Below, piece after piece: positions 51,220 through 60,969 of a stretch of DNA of 64,000 bases. Position 1 is the stretch's first letter; each line of letters begins with the position of its first letter. The stretch comes from Entomortierella parvispora E1425 (lineage: Eukaryota > Fungi > Mortierellomycota). The DNA lies in NCBI GenBank assembly GCA_020891255.1, contig BQFW01000003.1, positions 248,001 to 312,000 of the forward strand, written 5' to 3'. Under the pieces are notes generated by a model. The model made no database searches. It saw only the letters and a program-made list of their open reading frames with translations, and had not been told where the DNA came from. The position numbers were made by a program, and so were the translations under genes.

Positions 51220-53654
51220 ATGAAGTTCCAGTACATCCTTATCCTTGCCACTTTCATTGGCTTTGCCGTAGCCGCTCCTGTGTAAGCTGACAAGTTCGAG
51301 TCCAAGTGATGCGTGTTTCTAGATGCAAACTGACAACGGTATCGATTCTAAAATATCATTGTGTACTTTTCTACCTTTTTCTTTTTTTTTCTGGCGCTGT
51401 CAGCCCGTAAGCCCAGTCGACGTCTCGCATTCAATGGCCAAGATGCACCCAGATTGAAAGCTAACGGTATTACATGTCTCTTGCTCGTCCCGTGTCCTTT
51501 CCAATTCCGTCAGCGAGTAAGTTGAGTTTGCCTCTTGCGCTCAAGGACCAAGGTGCACTTTGATCAAAACTGAGGCTAACAGTACTGCATGCCTCTCATT
51601 ATTGGTGTGTCGCTTCCACTCCATCAGCACGTAAGTGGAATCTACGTCTTGCGCTCAAGTGCCAAGATGCGGTCCTTCGAGATTGAAACTAACGGCCCTA
51701 CATGTCTTTCGCTTTTGGTGTGTCGTCTTTTCCAATCTTCTAGCGAGTAAGTCGATCTTGCACCCAATGGCCAAGATGAGGTCTTGCGAGATTGAAACTA
51801 ACAGTGATATTTGTCCCTCGATCTTGGCGTATCCCTTTCCTCTTTATTAGCGCGTAAGTCGGGTCTACGTCTTGCACTCGAAGGCCAAGATGTACTTTCA
51901 ATCACCGTTGAAACTAACAGCACTTCATATCACTCATTCTTGTCGTACCCTCAATACATCTGCCAGTCAGTAAGTGGAGCCTCTTCCTTTCACCCGAGGG
52001 TCAAGATGTCTTCGATCACCATTGAAACTAACAGTACTACATGTCTCTCATTCCTGGCGCACCCTCAATATATCTGCCAGTGTGTAAGTAGAGCCAATGT
52101 CTTTAACTCGTGGGCCAAGATGCAGTTCGACGAGCAATGAAACTAACAACAGTACATGTCTCTCGCTTTTGGCCATGCGCTTTCTAATCTACTAGGAAGT
52201 AAGTCGAGTCTACGTCTTGAATTCAAGTACCAAGATACGTTTTCAATTGACATTGGAACTTACAACATTATCATATGACCACTTTTGATATGCCCCTTCG
52301 AATCTCCCAGCGCGTAGGTGGAATCTTTCTCTTGCGCTCAATGGCAAAGGTGCGATCCAATCGACTCGAAACTAACAGCATCAAATGACTACTTTCGGTT
52401 GTGCTCTTCCTAATCCACCAGGGAGTAAGTCCAGTCTACGCACTTGCACTCAAGGACCAAGATGCTTTTCGATTGAAACTAACAGTTCCACATGACCACT
52501 TTTGGCGTGTCCTTCCGACTACTAGAATGTAAGTGGAGTTTGTCGCCTGCACTCAAGGTCCATGATGCAGTCCGCGACAGTGAAACTAATAGTATTACTA
52601 ATATTGCCTTTGGCGTCTCCCTTCTTAATCCACCAGCCTGTAAGTCAAGTCTACGTCTTGCACTCAGGGGGCCTAAATGCGGTTTGATCGACATTGAGAC
52701 TAATCATATTTAAATGACCACTTTTGATGCTGTCCTTTCCAATCTATCCAGCGGGTAAGCTCAAGTCCTGGTCTGATCTGGGACTCAGGGGCCAAGGAGT
52801 GCGGCCTGATCGACATTGAGACTAACCATATTACATCACCCACTTTTGACATTTCCTTATCGAATATATCAGCCTGTAAGTGGAGTCTGCCTCTTGCACT
52901 CGAGGGCTACAATACAGTACGATCGATCTCGAAACTAACAATACTAAAATGACTACTTTGGGGCTTTGGGGCATATCCTTTCGAATCTACAGTGTGTAAG
53001 TGGAGTCTTCCTTGCACTCAAAGGTTAAACCTCGCCTCGATGGACATTGAAACTAACAGAATCGTACGTCTCCCGCGTTTGCCATTTCCTTTCTAATTCA
53101 ACAGTCAGTAAGTCAAGTCTACGTATTGCGCCCACGAGCCGAGGATGCGGCCCGATCGACATTGAAACTAACAATACTACATGACCCACTTTTGGAATTT
53201 CATTTACGATCCACTAGCGCGTAAGTCGCCTTGCACTCAAGGTCCAGGATTCATTTTGATCAACAATGAAACTAACAGAATCGCATGTCTCCCGCTTTTG
53301 CCATTTCCTTTCTAATAACATAGCGAGTAAGTAGAGTCTACGTCTCGTCCCCAAGAGCCGAGGATGCAGCCCGATCGACATTGAAACTAACAATATTACG
53401 TGACCTACTTTTGACCATTTCCTTCACGATCCACTAGCGTGTAAGTTGCGTCTTTCGCCTTGCACTCAAGGTCCGGGATTCAGTTTGATCAACAATGAAA
53501 TTAACAGCTTCACTTATCTTTCTGTTTCGCCATGTCCTTTCTAACCTACCAGCGTGTAAGTCGAATCTTGCACTCAACAGACAAGATGTGATCCGATCGA
53601 CGTTGAAACTAACAGTACTACATGACTCTGGTTCATAGTGCCGATATTCATTAA
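51220..53654 (+). CDS. Micro-exon gene encoding a 45-aa predicted secreted peptide (MKFQYILILATFIGFAVAAPVPDTDAHVNAEILGLVHADVVADIH); 22 exons, 20 of them 3 nt long
   Basis: Exon 1 is 51220-51281 (signal peptide). The 3-nt exons start at 51404, 51514, 51628, 51744, 51851, 51967, 52081, 52196, 52311, 52422, 52526, 52637, 52752, 52873, 52993, 53105, 53218, 53324, 53438 and 53553, each as YAG|NNN|GTA(A/G)G. The last exon is 53639-53654 (ends in TAA). Total 138 nt, open frame. No RNA evidence is available. Confidence 0.85.
51282..53638 (+). repeat. Tandem array of 21 mutually homologous introns (83-122 bp, mostly 101-118 bp)
   Basis: Unit consensus GTAAGT-(g/c)gagtctacgtcttgcactcaag-gccaagatgc-...-ttGAAACTAAC-a-tactacatg-c-cttttgg-...-YAG, recurring every ~104-121 bp. 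The first intron is the most divergent. Confidence 0.92.
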
Positions 53655-54307
53655 GGAAGTAAGCAGAGTACAAGGTGCAGCCCAAGAACAGGCCATATAA
53701 CGCTGAACCCCCTCGAGATGTCCTTGACAGAAGCTTGTAGCTTGTCCGAAAGAAGATCCGAGCTACTAAACTAACATACCCTCCTTTCTCTTTCCCCCAT
53801 CATCTTCAGTGAGCTGTAAGTTCTGGTTAACTGATATGTGTGGAATCTATGGTTCTCTTTTTTTTTTCTTGCCATTTCATTCTTATGATTGAAGCGGTAC
53901 TGACTCCATTCCATCTGGTGCTCCGTCCTCTTGGTAGTCCTTCGAGCTCGATATCCCGTAGCCGGAGCTATGGCCAATCATCTGAAATCCCAATTCGCCC
54001 AAGACGCCCCATCCTGTTGCAAGGATTTGTTTTCAAGAATCTCAAGTCAAGGACCCTGATTTAGTTGTATACCATCGGATCGAACCCCCCCCTCCTCCTC
54101 CTCCTCCTCCTCCTCCTCCAATGGAATTAAACAGATACATATATCCACAAATCTCCATGGGGGTGCAGCGCCAGAGCTGAAGCACCAATGCCCCCAATTG
54201 CAGTGTTGAACAACCGATTTCATTTGCAGGACTTATTTTTATTTTTATTTTTTATTCAAGCCGGGAACTCATGTTCTTCACAGTATTGCAGTCCTCTTGT
54301 TCAATCC

Positions 54308-56220
54308 TCAAACTGCCAAGGGGGCATCCACATTTCGGATCCGGATCCCGCTCTGCTTCAACGTATCCTTGACAGTCTCCAATGGAACTTCCCTTCTGTG
54401 GAAGATACCAGCGGCCAGCGCCGCCTCCACGCCTGTCTTCTCAAACACCTCGACAAAGTGCTGAGGTGATCCTGCTCCACTCGAGGCAATGACGGGGATT
54501 CGGATCGCGTCGCGCACATCCTGGATCAACGCCAGATCATATCCTTGCTTCATACCATCCTGATCCATCGAGTTGAGCAAGATCTCGCCAGCTCCCAAAG
54601 CCTGGCAAGCAATCACCAACTGCCGCACATCCATGTCTCTGCCCTCGCGTCCTCCACTGACTGTACACTGGTACCAGCAGAACCGCTCTCCGTTGGGTCC
54701 CAATTGAGCTGGCTCGATCACATGGTGAGTGGTGTCCGAGGGCGAGTTCACATAGACCTTCTTGGGATCGACCGAGATCACCACTGCCTGAGATCCATAT
54801 GCATGAGCAATCGTCTCAATAGCACTCGTGCCATCACCCTTGCCTCCCAAGGCGTAGAACTTTTCGGCCGCATAGACAGCATCCGATCCAATAGAGACCT
54901 TGTCAGCTCCGTTCCTGAAGTACTCTCCTGCAACCTCCAAGGCCGGGTGCAACTTGCCATCGGGATCGACCACATCCTTGATACCGCCTCCGATTGTCAA
55001 GGGCACAAAAACAGTCTCGGATGCACGACGCAATACCTCCAGCATGGGCATGTCCAACAAGGGGCAGTTCCTGAATGAGGTAATGTTCAAGAATGTGATT
55101 TCGTCTGCTCCCTCCTCAAAGTACCGTCTTGCCAACTCGACAGGCTTTCCCAGATTGCGGACATCTCCCTTGGAGTTCTCATCCTCACTTTGCTCACGTA
55201 CATCGTACTGGTCTCCCTTGGTCACCACCAAATCTCCTTGATCGTTCGCACGAACATCCAAGCACGCCACAACTCTCTTGGTGAATCCATCTGCTGAGGC
55301 TTCGGGCACAAAAGTTGGGTTGAGAATCGACAATGCTCCTGGGACCAGTCCCTGTGATGGGTTTTGCTGGAGAAGAGCCAGATCAGCCTCAGCGCCCTTG
55401 GCAGCTCCACCGTCCAAGAAAGCCTTCAAAACGTTCACTCCGGCAAATCCTGACTTTTCGGGGTGGAACTGTGTGCAAAAGATGTTGCCTCTGCGAACTG
55501 AAGAGATAAAGACCTGGTCACCATACTGGGTCGAGGTTAAGCACCACTCCTTGGCCTCCACAGATCCCTCCACGAATGGCACTGCAAACGAATGAACAAA
55601 GTAGTAGGCACGGTCGGCTTCCAATCCACAGTCCAGTGCTCTTTGAGGTCCTTGGATCGATCGTGCTGTGTTCCAGCCCATGTGAGGGACAGCCTTCGTC
55701 GTCGATTCAAACAAAGTGACCTTTCCGGGGATGATGCCCAGACCAGGGACAGAAGGACTCTCGTCTGATCCCTCAAAGAGGGTCTGCATGCCCACACAGA
55801 TACCCATGAAGGGCTTGTTGAGAGCCAAGTACTCCTTCAAGGGCTCTGCGTATCCTTTTGTGTGGAGCGACGTCATGGCACTGCCAAAGGCTCCCACTCC
55901 TGGAAAGATGAGTTTCTATTCAATTGCAAAGAGGAACCAAAAGTCAGGAAATCAAGATGGATAACTTTTTTTTTTCATTTCGTGAAATAAATCTCCGAAG
56001 ATCAGCCAGCGTCGAGAGCCAAAAAAAATAAGGGTTCGACGGGATAACAAACAACAAAGAACAGCTTTTTGGAGGCTGCGTGGATCGTTTTGCTTACATC
56101 GGCCTTGAGGATATCGGAGGGGTCCTTGACGTATGTGATGTCGTGGCCAAGCTTCTTGACAGCGTTGACTAAACTACGGACGTTGCCAGCGCCATAGTCG
56201 AGGAGATATGTTCCAGGCAT
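54308..56220 (-). CDS. HIS7: Imidazole glycerol phosphate synthase HisHF (bifunctional), 2 exons
   Basis: LDYGAGNVRSL, PGVGAFG, GICVGMQ, QFHPEKSG, VVACLDVR, PLTIGGGI, EILLNSMDQDG, ALAAGIFHR. Confidence 0.96.
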
Positions 56221-56722
56221 GACTGAGGTGAATGAATGAAGGGAATGAAAGAATTAGGGTGCAAGAGAATGAGAGGAAGGAAGTGGCTGCCGTGTGATGA
56301 GGAATGAGCACGCTGTCGAGGTCGCAGGGTGAAAGCGGGATGCAAATGTAATGAAGAAAGAAGAGGAAAGAGAACAGAAGCTGGTCTGTGGAGACCCCTT
56401 TCTATTTTTCTTTTATCTTGTCCACTCAGCTTGAGTCACCAAATAATTTCCGATCCCCGCACAAAAGCAATGAATGACTGGTTGGCTTCCTTTCTGGCCC
56501 CCCGGTCCACAGGACCCTCTTTTTCGCCCATCGGCCGGCCCCCTCCATTCTCTTCAACAAACACACAGCAGTCAACACATCCCTTGTAGCGTCTTTCTTT
56601 ATTCTGTAGAGGACGGATCTGGCTGGTGCCACTGAGGTGCAAAGTGCTGGAGGGAAAAAACCGATCGAAATGTCTCTCTGTCGATGTATTGACACAGTCG
56701 CGTGAACTTAGACGGAGACATC

Positions 56723-59700
56723 TTATACAAAGTACATGTTGTCCAAGATCCCGCTCTACAACATAAACACACGCATGGTCAGTAAAAGTAGCTACATGGA
56801 ACAGATACCAAGTCGAGTAATAGAGCAACGGACTTACCGACGTCTGGAATGTTGGTCCAGATCCACTGGAAGAACTGGCCGAGTCTGAGAGCTCATTCCC
56901 CTGGTAATATCGAGCACGGTACGCCAACAAGTGTGCGTAGTACACAGCAGGCACAATACTGACGGACTTGGGGCAGCGCGAATAGGTGTGGCAAAGCTGA
57001 TAAGTCAATTCCTGAAATCCATCCGATGAAAACTTGTTTTCATCCAAGAGAATGTGGTAGAGGGTTGGTCGAGACGTTCCCTGTATACCACCGTGACTCT
57101 GAAGATCTATAGGTGGATTTGCAAAGGCACCAATATGAGAAAAGGATATATGGATCTCATAAGACTCAGTTCAATGACAACAACTTACAGAAATCAAATT
57201 CGGTCGGATGAGTGATGACAGTGTCAACAATCGTTCCTGCAACGCAATTGCCAGATCGATCGACAGTAGCATCGTTTTGCTGGGAATGACCCTGCTGGAT
57301 AGGGGGACGGCCTTGTTGGAAGGGGGGGCGACTTTGCTGGTAAGGAGGGCGGCCCTGCTGGTAATGAGGACGGCCTTGTTGGTAAGGAGGACGGCCTTGT
57401 TGGTAAGGAGGACGGCCTTGTTGGTAAGAAGGACGGCCTTGCTGAAAGGAAGGACTATATTGCTGCTCTGACCCGGCCTGCTGCTGTTGACCAGGGCTGT
57501 TCTTCGCCGTGGGGAAAAATCGAGCATGGTGGCGCTTTTTGACCACGCAGAAGGTCGTTGGAGGATCATAGTTTTCTAATATTATCCAAAAGGAACGAGC
57601 TCTGTCTTATTAATTTACTTCCAAAGAACAGAATGACACATGACTATGAGCATGCATACCGTTGATCTGATGACATGCTTCCTTGACCGCCTTGAACTCC
57701 TTGTCAAGAATATCAGCATACTGTCCCTCCGAGACGCCATCGCGATAGAACAAGATTCTAGCAGGTAGACTCTTGACTTGGCGTTCGAAAGCTAGCAAGA
57801 GCTGGAGCACAAGATCCTTCAGTCCATCGATCACTTCCTGGCCACCTTCCTGCACTTTGATTCTGCCAGAAAACTGAAATCCAAAGATATCCATGGAAGC
57901 CACCACAGCCACGATAGACGGACGATCCTCCCCACGTGCGGGATGTGTTACATCAGCTCCAAAGATGATGGTTGGCTGCTCAGTCATGAACTTGGAACCA
58001 TTTTTCAAGACTGAGTTGCATCCACCGAGCTATATTGACAGATATTAAAAAACTCTTGTTAGTATATTACGATCTTGCGGGCAATAATGTCAACAAACCA
58101 CGATAATAGTATACCTTCGAGTTTATCTTCAACGTGAGCATGCCACAATAAGCCTTCATCTTGAAGTTGTCCTGCGTAGCTTTTTCGGAGAGCACGCACT
58201 GAGTCATGATACCAGCTCCTGTAGTCTCGCAGTAGGTTTTGAGGTTTGGGTACACGCCGCCATCACCCGGTAGAATAACCAAAATGACTGAAATTTGAAA
58301 ATATTGGTTAGATCAGGTTGTAACATTCTCCTTATCTAACTTGGAGCCAAGGGGCTAGCCTGTGAATCAACTTACGTTGTGGGGGCTTGCGGCAGTGAGT
58401 GGTGATCAAGGAGCGCATGGTGTTCACGCTACCCTCAATATTACCCGCTTGGCCGTACATGATTGGAGGATCATTAATGGGCACAGACATTCCTGAGAAA
58501 AAAAAATGGATCGTCAGCTCAGGTACTGGAGAACATGACCATGCGACAGTCATCATCATATCACTACCTTTCTCTACCAAAGTCTGAGTGAGCACTCGGA
58601 CGAAATTTCTGACTTGGGCTTCAGCAAGGCTCCTATGATGCACCACAATAATCCCCATGTCAAAAGCTGTACGCGTTATCTGTCCGTCGGCAATTGGAGG
58701 CAAGCACTTACGATTCATGGTCGAGAACGAGAATGCCATAGGAAGAAAGAGTTGCACCTTTGTACAGCTTGCCCAGCTAACATTTGCAGAACCGCAGGTA
58801 AGTCTCTGCCTTCAAAATAGCTGATGCAGACATGGATTAATAAAGTGTGTATCAATACCTTCCAGCTGCCCTGAAATGGTTTCTCGGACCTTCCTCCGAA
58901 TCCGATCTCGGGCGCAGACAAGATTCGAGCAGGAATCACCTCCATATCTTTGGAAACCTCCAACTTGAAGCTCTTCAAGTACTCGTCGCGATCATGATCC
59001 AAGAGTGGAAAGAGTTGCTCAATTCTCTTTGCACGATCTGATGGCCTAAGTGTGGTGCCCCTGATCATCTGTGCAGTCTGGTCCGGACCCAACTGAAATG
59101 CTCAAAAAGTAAAACAAATATCAGGGTGTGCAACATTAGAACTGACCACGGGCTCATTGGAACTCGCTTTACCTTCTTCTGGTAACGTCTACCGGGAACG
59201 ACTTCGCAGACCTCGGCAGGGTAGTAAATCATCTTGGAATCCTTGCCCTTCACACCGATACAAGGCAAAAATGGATAGCGAAGTCTCAGAGAGTAGGCGG
59301 CATCATAGTACTGGGGGATGGTGATCGCCTTCTTTGAGCCGTCGTTCAGCTCCTGATCGAAAGTTATGTCCTCTGCCCTCTTCATGCTTATCTCTGAGAT
59401 TTTTCGGACGCGTCTCTTGAAATCAGGACCGCGATGGGAGACAGTGAAGGGAAGACCTTTGAAGTGCCTGTTGAATCTCCTGAGATCGGTTGGACTCAAT
59501 CGATTGAGATCAGCGGGAGTGCGGGCGTTGCGCGCCATCAGGTCCACCATCAGGTGCTCTACTTTTCCTGCTTTGTAAAAGGCCGTACTTGCAATGTCAA
59601 TGTTGGCGTACAGCTTATCCTGCCCTGCTCGAACGGACTGGAATGCTCCATTCCAGCGCTGGACTCCGCCTCCGAGATCCTGTGCGCCCGTAGAATGGTA

Positions 59701-60626
59701 AACTGAGCGACCTTGTAACTCCATCGTTCCTGATAGTTTGTGTGTCAAAACAATATTGAAGGCTGGAGTGAACCGAAGAGCAAAGTGCTTTGGTTAGGGA
59801 AAGAAAAAATAGCTGCATGTTTGCCGCCCACACCCACCTTGGATGGCTTGGTAGCACGAGCGAGTGATTGGTCCTTCGCGTCGTAAAAAGCGATGAAGCT
59901 CTTCCAACTCGATGACCGCGACTCGACTGAACTTGACGGTGAACTCGTTTCTTCTCTGATCGCGTCCAGGAACCGACTTTGCTCCACCTGTGACAGGCTT
60001 TGCAACTCCAGAGTCAGACTTTGGCGCACCAGGGATGGCGTTGGGTGGCCGAGGAGTAGACTGGCTCGGATCAGCATCTGGAAGATCAATCTTACGCGTC
60101 AGCTTGTCGAAACTGAGCTCCTGGGCAGCGTAGGCGTTGCATTTACCATCAAACACGACCTTGTGCTTGGCCAACTCTGGGATCCTTTCGATCAACTTCC
60201 AAAGCTATGAAGCGGGGGAAAGCCAGCCGTGACGCGGTAGAACCACGTCAGCCCAATGCGCTTTGATGCAGATAACGATACTGGCAGATATCGTTTTGTA
60301 GTCCCCTGCTTACCCTTCGAATCTTAGTCTTGTCCTCAAGCAATGGGGTGATCGAGACATCGTAATGCCAGAGGGTGTCGACTTGAAGCTTCACATGAAC
60401 AAGACGATGGCCCATGGTTAACATGTCAGGCTCATTAGTGCACTCGGATGGGCAAACCGCGACACGCTTCAAACGTATAAAATAAAAAAAATAAAAAATG
60501 CGTCTACTGTACCTTCTTGAGAGCAAAGAAGTTGGCCTTCACATCGACCTTGCTGCCTAGGGTGCCCCCAGAGTCGGGGCGACGGGCGTTTTCAGTCAAG
60601 ACAGGCCCGGAAGAGGAACTGAACAT
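56723..60626 (-). CDS. AGO: Argonaute protein (copy B), multi-exon, with a heptad-repeat insertion in PIWI
   Basis: [55 protein letters not shown]-terminal MYFV. Exon layout parallels copy A. Confidence 0.94.
57280..57447 (-). repeat. 21-bp coding tandem repeat encoding (F/Y/I)QQGRP(P/S/H) x ~8
   Basis: The plus strand shows repeated ttggtaaggaggacggccttg units, in frame within the Argonaute B PIWI exon. Confidence 0.92.
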
Positions 60627-60969
60627 GGTAAGTGTGGTAAAATGGACGAGGAGATGATTGTGTGGAAACAGGGCAGAAGAGACAAGAGAGGAGAGAAGGA
60701 AGAACGGGAAAGAGAAAGAGGGGGGAGGGTATGAGAGCTTCTGGGATGACAGAAAATAAAAATAAAAAAAGGGAACACAGTCGACGCATGCACGCCTGTG
60801 GCGAAGAAAGCGTGTTTGGGGGCCACCTTCCCCTTCGTCCTTTTGTTCCAAGGTCGACCTGTCACGCGCAGCGTGGTCCAAGGACTACGTTCTTTGAAAG
60901 GGCATCTCATTATTGTATTAGGTCGTGACTATGGTATATCTATCTGGATCGTCCAGGCGCATGTAAACT

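Noticed and set aside
51220-51285. Stand-alone 21-aa peptide MKFQYILILATFIGFAVAAPV-stop
   Set aside because: The TAA lies within a GTAAGC donor. A bare signal peptide is implausible, and the downstream array supplies a coherent continuation.
51635-52713. Short ORFs listed in the repeat array (71, 109, 71, 73 aa)
   Set aside because: They are chance read-throughs of intron repeats, with no family motifs, and they overlap the better-supported splice model.
51400-53640. CRISPR array (regularly spaced ATTGAAAC-like motif)
   Set aside because: The ATTGAAAC is part of the GAAACTAAC branch motif. Units are homologous along their whole length rather than identical repeats with unique spacers. There are no cas genes, the context is eukaryotic, and splice signals explain the periodicity.
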